A stretch of 62,155 nt of DNA from a virus (Duplodnaviria > Caudoviricetes): positions 1 to 62,155 of IMG/VR virus record IMGVR_UViG_3300017448_000004; one strand, 5' to 3'. Below the pieces are notes generated by a model, which was given only the letters and a program-made list of their open reading frames with translations, was not told the origin of the DNA and made no database searches. Made by a program: the position numbers and the translations under genes. Below, piece by piece: positions 19,267 through 27,714 of the stretch; the first letter of the stretch is position 1; every line of letters begins with the position of its first letter.

Positions 19267-20559
19267 TTATGGAGTTGAATTCTCTGCGTATACGTATTCG
19301 AAGTGTGCAAAATTAGACCCGCCCCCTCCTCCAGCACTGCCATGGAAATACCACATGAGTCCTAAAGGTGCGACGGGGAGAGTTGCTGAAGTAGTAGCGA
19401 CTTGTGCTCCATTTATACTAGCTGTAGCTACTCCGGAGTTCACTACAATTTCAAAGGTATAACGCTGATCCAGAACCGCTGGTATTCCTGTGTCAGTGCT
19501 AGTAGATGACCCACTTGCTCCTGTATAAAGAATCCAATTACCGATGGGGTTTCCTGCGGTTTTTTGAAAACCTATAGCTAGCACATCTCCTGATGTGGTA
19601 GGATTTGCACCACCAATATTAGAGCTTAAGCCTACAAAGTATTCAGTAGCGGCTGCAATAGCATCGTATCTATATCGTAAGACACCCCGTACTGTTGTTT
19701 TTCGTCCCGGATATATCCAATATAAACCTTGGTATAATCTAATATTATGTCCAAATCCCCCACCTATTACTTGTATGGTGGTTGATGCCCCATTACTAGC
19801 ATCTGGAGGGTTTACAGAAACTTCTATTGCTCCCCCATCCACCGTAGTCAATTGATCATCTACGGGTATAGGAGCAAATCCTCCAGTGTAGTTGACAGTA
19901 GGGGCTTCGAACATAGAAAATCTGGCCCTATCTGGTGACGGGATATTGTTACCCGTATCGAAAGTAATATTTCCTGATCCCCCATCAGTAATAGTAACAT
20001 TTTTCCCTGATATAAGGTTCAACACCGATTGGGAACTATTAGGGGTGCCATTCACCTTTAGAGCAAGGCTATTCGATGAAGATGCTGAAATCTGGCCATT
20101 ACCCAAATCCGTAAATATCACATTTCCAGTATTCACAAAATCCAAGATTGTTTGTGAACTAAAAGCTGTTCCTACGACTTCTATTGCAAGAGGTTGAGGC
20201 GACGGAACCCAACTGATAACATGATTCGGAACCCATGAGCCAACGTCGAAGGTCCCCCCGCTACCAATGACTTGCTGGTTATTCGGCCCAAATGCGATTT
20301 GACCTTGCACGGTATACCCTGTGACTTTGTAAAAGGAATTTACGGGAGATAGCTGGTCATTCCCCCAAACGGATTGTGCAGGACTAGATACGACATTACC
20401 GTTCGCGTCAAGCTGGATACGAATTTCAATCCCACTACAGACGAGAGAATCGTTTACCTCTTCGTCTGCGGACAACTTCATCGTCAGATAACCATTCGCC
20501 AAAACCGCGCCAGTGCAATCCTGAAAATTTCCACCCGTAAGCATCACTTTAGCACTCAT
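19267..20559 (-). CDS. tail fibre / receptor-binding protein with lectin-like C-terminus
   Basis: N-terminal anchor domain paralogous to 20599..20913; LNLISGKNVTITD fibre motif; ConA-like beta-sandwich end. Confidence 0.65.
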   Translation of the reverse strand: MSAKVMLTGGNFQDCTGAVLANGYLTMKLSADEEVNDSLVCSGIEIRIQLDANGNVVSSPAQSVWGNDQLSPVNSFYKVTGYTVQGQIAFGPNNQQVIGSGGTFDVGSWVPNHVISWVPSPQPLAIEVVGTAFSSQTILDFVNTGNVIFTDLGNGQISASSSNSLALKVNGTPNSSQSVLNLISGKNVTITDGGSGNITFDTGNNIPSPDRARFSMFEAPTVNYTGGFAPIPVDDQLTTVDGGAIEVSVNPPDASNGASTTIQVIGGGFGHNIRLYQGLYWIYPGRKTTVRGVLRYRYDAIAAATEYFVGLSSNIGGANPTTSGDVLAIGFQKTAGNPIGNWILYTGASGSSTSTDTGIPAVLDQRYTFEIVVNSGVATASINGAQVATTSATLPVAPLGLMWYFHGSAGGGGGSNFAHFEYVYAENSTP

Positions 20560-20598
20560 TTATTATCTCCGAAATGCGGGCAGATTCCGCCCCGCGAG

Positions 20599-20913
20599 TT
20601 AATAATTTACAGTTTCATCTTCTTGCCAACTCTGTGAAGTAATATAAAATTCTGACTCCCAGACCCATTGGCCTTGAGCAGTATATGCTTTAGCGATGTA
20701 AACCGTGTTGTTAGGCGTCATCTGATCGTTCGGCCAAATAAAACCATCCAGATTCCCGTTGGCGTCCAAAGAAAAAGTAACTATTCTGCCTGCGGAAATC
20801 TGGGAATTTCCTGCCATAGCATCTGTGTTTAGCCGGAAGGTCACACGCCCAAATGCCAATGGTGCGCCACTAGCGCTCTGGAAATTACCGCCGGTGATGT
20901 GAATCTTAGCCAT
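20599..20913 (-). CDS. stand-alone fibre anchor-domain protein
   Basis: TGGNFQ..SGA.LA.G...LDANGN...W.NDQ..P.N shared with the N-terminus of the adjacent fibre gene. Confidence 0.65.
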   Translation of the reverse strand: MAKIHITGGNFQSASGAPLAFGRVTFRLNTDAMAGNSQISAGRIVTFSLDANGNLDGFIWPNDQMTPNNTVYIAKAYTAQGQWVWESEFYITSQSWQEDETVNY

Positions 20914-21488
20914 TAGGAGCCTGCCGTTGCGAATCTGCTCTTTGGAGTCTCCCCATTAACGCAACGTTTTATCCAATTGCAGTTGGCACATAGAAGTTGA
21001 TATTCTTCCCCCGGTACAGATTTTAGAACTTTACGATACCACACTGTTCCTCGTTCGGAGGAATCGGTTCTTCTGCGTTTGGCTCCATCACCTAGTACAT
21101 GGTCAATTTGCAAACATCGGGAATCAGTACAACCTCTCGTTAGTTGTCCGTAGATATCTACGTTAAGCCAAGCACAGTCGGGGCTGGCACAGCGACCACC
21201 AAGGTGAACAATTACCGCCTCCCTTTTTTGTCGGTACTGTGTAAACGCTTCTTCTTTTATTCTTAGACGAATAGCGGGATTAGTGGCATATTGTTCCCGA
21301 AGTTGAGCGTTGTGCTTGTCGGAGTATTCCTTTTTCTCCTCAGCAGAGAGTGAAGAATACCAATCTTTATATTGGGCATTATCCTTCTGTTTATAAATCT
21401 CTTTCTCTTCGAGAGACATGTTTTCTCTAAAGTTTCGTTGGTATTCAGCCCCTTTGATACGTCGAATTTCTGGGTCTTTATATGGCAT
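20913..21488 (-). CDS. HNH-type homing endonuclease
   Basis: LGGRCA...C...LQIDHV.GDG...YQLLCANCNWIK; start MPYKD by TAATG overlap. Confidence 0.8.
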   Translation of the reverse strand: MPYKDPEIRRIKGAEYQRNFRENMSLEEKEIYKQKDNAQYKDWYSSLSAEEKKEYSDKHNAQLREQYATNPAIRLRIKEEAFTQYRQKREAVIVHLGGRCASPDCAWLNVDIYGQLTRGCTDSRCLQIDHVLGDGAKRRRTDSSERGTVWYRKVLKSVPGEEYQLLCANCNWIKRCVNGETPKSRFATAGS

Positions 21489-22432
21489 TAGGTTTGCCTC
21501 GCGGTCATACCTTGGGCACTTTTTTGTGGACCCATTCCAGTTACTGCGTCCCACTGATTCAAGAAAATGTTGCGTTCCTCCTGAGTCAATCCTTCTGCGC
21601 GGGCGAGCAAACCTGCGGTAAACTTAGAGTTAGCAATAGGGAATCTTACATCATCCGCAAATGCCCAAATTAAAGCTAAAAAGCCCCAACTATAGATGTA
21701 CTGCATAAAGTCAGGCATCGGTCCCCACGTCTGGTTGATGCTGGTGATGAGCGGAGCCGCAAGCTGTACGTGTACCGTGACAGGGTATGCCGCGTTTGGT
21801 GACGGCATGACTCTGAATATCACGTTTCCATTCCCATCTTCTACTTCCGGACCTACAAACATAGGACGAGCATTCCGTGAATCGAGGGCGAGATTGTTCT
21901 GTACTTTCAATTCTACCCAATTCGACGGGGTACGGGTAATATCCAATATCGAAGCATGTTCAATATGGGAGAACGCGGGCGCTGCAATCGTATAATCCTG
22001 TGTTGTAGCATTCGTGAGCGTGCCCGTGTCTGCGGCAGAAGCATATGTCGTAGTAGTGACCGCCGCTGTGATCTGTGTTGGACTAGCCGTCAAGACGATA
22101 AGCAATTGTCCATTCAGAAAAGTAGCTACACCAACGTTTGAAGGAAGTACCAAATTCCCTTTGGCGAAAGTGTTCACTGTATTTATCGTGGCGATCCCTG
22201 CGGTCACCGAAACGTTGGTAAGAGGCGCGGAGTATGCCGTAGGAGAAGTCGTGAACGATAGCTCCTGCGTATTCCACCACCACTGAAACGGCGGGCCTAG
22301 GATCGTCTGCATAATCATGTTGGCAGAAGTCAACGCGGGTTCGAGATTATTTCCTATCGCGGAGAGACGGTTGAAGGATAGTTTCTTCGCCCACTCCATC
22401 GTCTGCGAGATCGTAACAGTTGAAATTGCCAT
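21488..22432 (-). CDS. head-tail adaptor / tail tubular-like protein
   Basis: PAL..AN..MQ..L...PF.W.WN motif shared with 23265..24338. Confidence 0.6.
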   Translation of the reverse strand: MAISTVTISQTMEWAKKLSFNRLSAIGNNLEPALTSANMIMQTILGPPFQWWWNTQELSFTTSPTAYSAPLTNVSVTAGIATINTVNTFAKGNLVLPSNVGVATFLNGQLLIVLTASPTQITAAVTTTTYASAADTGTLTNATTQDYTIAAPAFSHIEHASILDITRTPSNWVELKVQNNLALDSRNARPMFVGPEVEDGNGNVIFRVMPSPNAAYPVTVHVQLAAPLITSINQTWGPMPDFMQYIYSWGFLALIWAFADDVRFPIANSKFTAGLLARAEGLTQEERNIFLNQWDAVTGMGPQKSAQGMTARQT

Positions 22433-22435
22433 GTA

Positions 22436-22630
22436 TTATTTCCGTTCTCGAATCTCGGTAGGACTCACGAGAAAGTCGGTAGTAGTGCCACTGGTATTTG
22501 CAGGATGGATGTAGAAGTGGAAAGTTCCGTCTTCGAGTCGGTCGATTCGCAGTGCGTGGTCAATTACCGGATACGGTTTTCGATTCCAGTTTTCAGTGAA
22601 ATAATCAAGCAGTGCTGTTGAGATTGCCAT
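22436..22630 (-). CDS. hypothetical protein
   Basis: ORF in operon register. Confidence 0.5.
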   Translation of the reverse strand: MAISTALLDYFTENWNRKPYPVIDHALRIDRLEDGTFHFYIHPANTSGTTTDFLVSPTEIRERK

Positions 22631-23171
22631 CGGGGAAATTCCTTTTCAGATACTCAATGAGATTTAACAAAATCCCCACACTATCATTCACGTTGCCAAG
22701 GGCTAGATTACACGCATGGCAAAGGATTCCACGAACTTGTTTCGTGGCATGATCGTGGTCAGTGTGCCAACCCCGCCCGCCATGTTCTTTTGATTTGCAA
22801 ACCGCACAACAACTTCCTTGGGCAACGAACATTGCATCACGCTGCTCCACGGTAATTCCGTAGTATGCGAGTTGATGGGCTGCTTTGGATGATCGACGAG
22901 AACAAATCCGACATGCCCGGTAAGGCTGTCCGTTCTTTATAGCGGTAAAAACGGTCTCCGGGGTATATACATGTCCATTGGAGCACCTATCCCGTGAACC
23001 AAAATGGTGCACGCCCTTGGGCAAGGTGGTTTTTCGTAATTTTGCTAAACGAGCGGTTCTACAAATAAGACAAACAGTACGAAAAATACCATTTTCTTTT
23101 TGAACAGAGGTTAGGTTTTCAGGCACCATTTCGTGCCCACGTTTACAGTGTGTTTGTTTTTTGAATGACAT
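22605..23171 (-). CDS. endonuclease VII-family nuclease with two zinc modules
   Basis: THCKRGH, CSNGH...CRIC, HTDHDHATKQVRGILCHACNLALG. Confidence 0.85.
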   Translation of the reverse strand: MSFKKQTHCKRGHEMVPENLTSVQKENGIFRTVCLICRTARLAKLRKTTLPKGVHHFGSRDRCSNGHVYTPETVFTAIKNGQPYRACRICSRRSSKAAHQLAYYGITVEQRDAMFVAQGSCCAVCKSKEHGGRGWHTDHDHATKQVRGILCHACNLALGNVNDSVGILLNLIEYLKRNFPDGNLNSTA

Positions 23172-23264
23172 AATACAATCATATAGGTATTATGCCCCTA
23201 ATGTCAAGAGAAATCGTATTCGCCTTTTGTTTATCCTCATCGCTTGTAAGTCGTTGATTCTAAA

Positions 23265-24338
23265 TCAGTAATTCCAGGGACCATACGGCTGACTGGGTGA
23301 GATAGGGTTATATGAATAGCCAGTATCCATGCAGTTTTGGGCTGGCACAAAGCCCCAATCGTCTTCTTGATTGGCTCCGAACATCACGGCGTTCGTGAGT
23401 GCCTTCTGCCAGAGATTATATTCCATCTCAAACTTCGCTCGTACTTCCTTGAGCGGTGAGCGGCGGTAGCACTGCGCGAAGAAACCTTGCTTGAAAAAAG
23501 TGTAAAAATCATCTGGAATCGGGTCGAGCATGGTGCTGAGTGACTTGATGAAAGGCACTCTCATCTGTCCAACGGGCTGGATAAGCCACACAGGTCCTGT
23601 CTGCGCGGGCAGAGGGCTGATTCTATATCCCTGGCCTTTCGGATTTATGGCCGTCCACTTTACCGTTCCGTCCGTGACCACTGTAGACACGATGGTGGAA
23701 TTTTGTACGGTAGGAAAAATCGGATTCAGATTCGTAATAAAGGGGTTTGTAGACCCGCATGTTCCATACTGCGTAAGCACCCACAGATTCCCGAAGGCGT
23801 CTTTAACGCAGGTAGTCGGATTGAGTGGCATCGCAATGGCAGTGGCAGGATTCGTGTACACTACGCCGGGGCCGGGTTGCTGTTGGCCTGTGGCAGTTGT
23901 CTGCTGGGTCGCTCCCCATGTGCCAGCTTCCATGGTATCGTTTTGCATCCAGCAAATCTTGGCGTCGTTATTCGTCGAAAGGTTGAAGGTAATCAATAAG
24001 TCTCGCTTGACGATGACCGGATACACTGGCTTTGGAAATTGTGTACAGCTATAATTTACAGCCGTGCAGCTTTCCAACCATCCTACAGCCACTTGATTCG
24101 GGATGAAATAATCCTGTTGCCAACTGTTGATGAAGAACGGCGATTCTACAGCACGGTTCCACTTCCAGTTGAAGGGCTGGCCGTTTGGCCCGCCTGCCAG
24201 CATGTTCTGCATGACATCGTTCGCGATAGATAATGCGGGAGCGTCAGAAAATCCGCCAGCGGGAATCGCAGGTGCAAGTTCACCATTGCTACGTGCGTCG
24301 TCAACAAGGTCTTGAAGCTGTATACTAGAATTTCCCAC
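23265..24338 (-). CDS. head-tail adaptor-like protein
   Basis: paralogue of 21488..22432; LDPIPDDF...F..G C-terminal adaptor pattern. Confidence 0.6.
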   Translation of the reverse strand: MGNSSIQLQDLVDDARSNGELAPAIPAGGFSDAPALSIANDVMQNMLAGGPNGQPFNWKWNRAVESPFFINSWQQDYFIPNQVAVGWLESCTAVNYSCTQFPKPVYPVIVKRDLLITFNLSTNNDAKICWMQNDTMEAGTWGATQQTTATGQQQPGPGVVYTNPATAIAMPLNPTTCVKDAFGNLWVLTQYGTCGSTNPFITNLNPIFPTVQNSTIVSTVVTDGTVKWTAINPKGQGYRISPLPAQTGPVWLIQPVGQMRVPFIKSLSTMLDPIPDDFYTFFKQGFFAQCYRRSPLKEVRAKFEMEYNLWQKALTNAVMFGANQEDDWGFVPAQNCMDTGYSYNPISPSQPYGPWNY

Positions 24339-24502
24339 GGTTACCCTTTCTGATTACTAAAGTAATGCGATTTCTTTCTTGACAACTATCGGTTCGTCTA
24401 CTATAGTCGTCTCATGACAACCGAACGGAGCATGTCCGAAGAGAAGCACAGCAACGGGAATGGATATTATCCACCCCGTGGGCTGCGATTCTAAAGAGAG
24501 TG

Positions 24503-24700
24503 CTAGGATGACACGGCGGTATGATTCTCTATAAGCTGTCGCAAGGATTCCTTACTAACGTCTGCTGCCAGAGACACGGCTAATTCAATCTCTCTTTGGG
24601 TAAAGCATTCATCGCTCGGTTGTGTTCGACGTGCCGCTATCGACGGCAACAAAGAACATGCCGATAAAGTTATATATTGCTGATAACACAATTCACTCAT
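24503..24700 (-). CDS. hypothetical protein
   Basis: ORF with GAGGAAG SD. Confidence 0.45.
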   Translation of the reverse strand: MSELCYQQYITLSACSLLPSIAARRTQPSDECFTQREIELAVSLAADVSKESLRQLIENHTAVSS

Positions 24701-24829
24701 ACTTCCTCCTTGTACGACTTTACGAGATGAGCATTGGCGGGTTGTACGAATACAATTCCGCCCACAAACCGTGCTCTGCGGCAGAGTGTTCCCTTTCGGG
24801 CGCTTGTCCGCACTCAGCGGTGAACCAAG

Positions 24830-25069
24830 TTATCTGGGCTTACGTGTTTTAAGGGCTTCGAGTTCATTCACCCTTGCGACGAAAGCGGGGTTGGTAGTCA
24901 GATGCACCTTGTAGACTTCGGCGGGCATCTGGTCGATGTCGCGGTCTGTCAAAAGTGCCACAGAGTCCGCATTGATGGGTTGCTTTGCAGCGACCAAACG
25001 TGCCTGCGTATCTTGCTGGCTACGGCGATATTGTTCTTGCGAATTTAGCTGCTGGGGTGATTGTTTCAT
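24830..25069 (-). CDS. small protein carrying a copy of the scaffold C-terminal motif
   Basis: IDQMPAEVYK..L.TNPAFVARVNELEA vs scaffold IDDMPSEDYR..I.TNPAFVKRVNELEA. Confidence 0.75.
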   Translation of the reverse strand: MKQSPQQLNSQEQYRRSQQDTQARLVAAKQPINADSVALLTDRDIDQMPAEVYKVHLTTNPAFVARVNELEALKTRKPR

Positions 25070-25749
25070 CGCAGGTTGCTCGATTTCACGTGTTCCCTAT
25101 ACTCATTAGTAGCATCCACCCACTGCTCAGACTTCTCGTCCCACTTGCTGAACTTACAGATTACAGAGCCAGACGAAGTGTTGTTAGTTTCAAAAGCGAC
25201 TGCGGTGCGATAATCTGCTGCTGCCTTTTCGAACTTCTCGACAGAGAACACACCATCCACAGGAGCCACTTGCTTACCCTTTGCATTGAAGTAGAAATTG
25301 TCTTTGACAGGGGGAAGCCACGTCTTACCGCAACGGAGACAACGAACCCATAAGTCACCGTTAATCATCTGGTGCTTAATTACTGCGAACTGCGGACTGT
25401 TACCACCCGTGCTAAGCACTTGCAGGTTGCGTTGCGAGACCACCCCGCCCTTTTTATGGGTACAGGCACTCTGCTTCGCTTCGTCTTCACGCTTCTGGGC
25501 AGCGAATACCTTACCTTGCTGTTCGCGATCCATAACTTTCTGTTTCTGCTTTGTGACACGGTCTGCGATAGTTCCGCGTTTCTCTTCAATACTCAACTCA
25601 CGTTCTTGTTTTTGAAGTTCAAGATCGGCCAACTGTGCCCGCTTGATACTCAATTCAATCGCTGCAATTTCATCCGCAGCGTTGGAATAAACCTTCTGCT
25701 TTACTTCATCACTCATACGTCCTCCTAGTATTATTTCTGATTGCGCCAC
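25066..25749 (-). CDS. coiled-coil plus Cys/His (zinc-binding) phage protein
   Basis: CTHKKGG...CLRCGK. Confidence 0.6.
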   Translation of the reverse strand: MAQSEIILGGRMSDEVKQKVYSNAADEIAAIELSIKRAQLADLELQKQERELSIEEKRGTIADRVTKQKQKVMDREQQGKVFAAQKREDEAKQSACTHKKGGVVSQRNLQVLSTGGNSPQFAVIKHQMINGDLWVRCLRCGKTWLPPVKDNFYFNAKGKQVAPVDGVFSVEKFEKAAADYRTAVAFETNNTSSGSVICKFSKWDEKSEQWVDATNEYREHVKSSNLR

Positions 25750-26375
25750 GAATGTACCGTGGTATTATACCTTTCCCACGCGGGTGTCATCTTCGCGGGG
25801 CCAAAATACTTTGTGATCTGTGTTTCAGTAATCATTCCTTTAAGCAACATCTGTAGCAAACAGGTTCGATATCCACGATGACTCTCATTCAAAGGGACGC
25901 CATGCTCATCGAATCGCATGATGCTAAGTTCGGGCATGAACCCTAATTGTACCCAGCAAGCGATCTCCGCTTCTTGGGTACCCAATGCCTTTTGTACGAG
26001 TAGAGTAATCTTATCAGCATGTGGATGTGCCCGATACCAACACTTCAGCCCAACCTTATCTCGCAGTATGTTGATGAATTCAGACGAATGTAATATTCGT
26101 CCCATACGTTCATCAGCGTCGTTATACTCATCAGGCGCTACAAACTGGTATTCTTTCGCTACTTCCTCATTGCCTTCCTTCCACCGATGAAGTTCTTCCT
26201 TCGTCTGGTTGCTGCTGTTGTCCTCATACCTATTTTCGGAATATTCAGCTACTGCTGCCTCCATCTCGGGAGAAAGATGGAGATCAAGGCTATCATCATA
26301 GGTTTCCCAAGGCGCTTTTGTTTGAAGACGCGTACCCTGCGAGGCTTGTATTTCTTGTGGCGACGGCTGCTTCAT
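25731..26375 (-). CDS. hypothetical late-region protein
   Basis: GGAGGG SD; MPELSI...DEHG.P....RG.RT.LL.L pattern. Confidence 0.6.
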   Translation of the reverse strand: MKQPSPQEIQASQGTRLQTKAPWETYDDSLDLHLSPEMEAAVAEYSENRYEDNSSNQTKEELHRWKEGNEEVAKEYQFVAPDEYNDADERMGRILHSSEFINILRDKVGLKCWYRAHPHADKITLLVQKALGTQEAEIACWVQLGFMPELSIMRFDEHGVPLNESHRGYRTCLLQMLLKGMITETQITKYFGPAKMTPAWERYNTTVHSWRNQK

Positions 26376-26796
26376 AAACCCCTCCGCAACAATAATCCTG
26401 ATAAATCCTTAATCTTGTGAACAGTAGTTTTTAATCGCGGTGCACTCATGGGCCTTCCTCCTTTGGCTGGGCTTCCATCAGAGGAAAGCCCGTCGTGCAA
26501 TGAACAGAATCAGTGTCCGCCGCGAGGATCAGTCGCGGTAACTACTAACGTCTCGCCCGCCTTTCGAACGGTGGGGTTGACTAGAATCCCCCAGGTACCC
26601 AATAACGGGCCGAATGGATTCACGTCCATTACAAACTATTTGATGTCAAGTCTGAAACACCAGTAGGCTAATACCAACGCAAAGGTGTAACGACGGGGGT
26701 CTATGGCTGCTGGGTCGTTAACAGTTGGCCCAAATCCGGGATTGATTGCTACATAGAACCCGAATCCAAAAGTTTGCATTTTGCTCTTGGAAAATT

Positions 26797-26994
26797 TCAT
26801 AACTCCTCCTGACACATATCTATAAACGCTTGATCGTTTTCGATCTGGATATTCTTGAGTCTACGTAGGTCGCTAACGGTTTTCCGCATTCTCCCTATCA
26901 ACTTACGTTGTCTCGAATTTTCTGTTCGCAATAGCTCGATTGACTCCCGCAAAGCACGCACGATTCCAAGTTCTTCTGGCATATCCTCCTCCAA
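26797..26994 (-). CDS. small coiled-coil protein
   Basis: GGAGGAGG SD before MPEELG. Confidence 0.5.
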   Translation of the reverse strand: MEEDMPEELGIVRALRESIELLRTENSRQRKLIGRMRKTVSDLRRLKNIQIENDQAFIDMCQEEL

Positions 26995-27108
26995 GGAAAT
27001 GAAAGGGCTGTATTGCTCTCATCCAGTTATGCATTGTCTGCGTTGTATGAGTACAGCCCGTCTCAACTTTCACGCTGCGGGGATTTCACCCACATTCTTT
27101 TACTCTTT

Positions 27109-27681
27109 TTACGGTATAACGGTCACCTCTATGGGGACGTATATCATTTCCTGCGGATTACCAGTATTGCCAGAAGCCGCAATAGTGTTATCAAACACTG
27201 GGAATTGCACTCCCAAAGTGCACTGTCCGATATGTAGCGCAGTAACGAGACCGCTTCCTGATACGGAAGCAATCAATGCAGAGTACGCAACCTGATTCGC
27301 AAGGAATCCATTACCGCTGATCGCATTGCTTGGGTTATACCCAGTAAACGACGGATTACCGTATGATTTGTAAACTACTGAGCCGACTGGGGTGTACGTG
27401 GTATTAGCCACGTCTTTTAGTACGGCTGTTAATTGACAAGTATTGGAATACGCCACACCATTGACTGTCTTGCTTCCAAGACTCAATGTCAACTCATACT
27501 GTGCCTGCGGGTGCTTGGAGGAGGGTACTGCGCCGATACCTTGGCCTGTCGGATATCCGGTCGTACCCTGTGCTGCTCCTACACCACCGCTGTTATTTAC
27601 AACGTTGGTGCCTGTAACTTGGACGTATGCTGCAACTGCTAGCCCGTCCGTAGGATTGTGTTGCGGATTAGGATTTGCCAT
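27109..27681 (-). CDS. Ig-like capsid decoration protein (putative)
   Basis: beta-rich, ASVSGSGLVTA...G Big_2-like motif, downstream of capsid gene; paralogous to the flanks of 27715..28920. Confidence 0.6.
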   Translation of the reverse strand: MANPNPQHNPTDGLAVAAYVQVTGTNVVNNSGGVGAAQGTTGYPTGQGIGAVPSSKHPQAQYELTLSLGSKTVNGVAYSNTCQLTAVLKDVANTTYTPVGSVVYKSYGNPSFTGYNPSNAISGNGFLANQVAYSALIASVSGSGLVTALHIGQCTLGVQFPVFDNTIAASGNTGNPQEMIYVPIEVTVIP

Positions 27682-27714
27682 AATCTTATTTCCTTTTCTT
27701 CGGACTAGCCGAAA

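Noticed and set aside
26520-26590. IS200/IS605 end or IscB omega RNA (GTCAACCCC... resemblance)
   Set aside because: Only a short resemblance; no TnpB, IscB or transposase ORF nearby.
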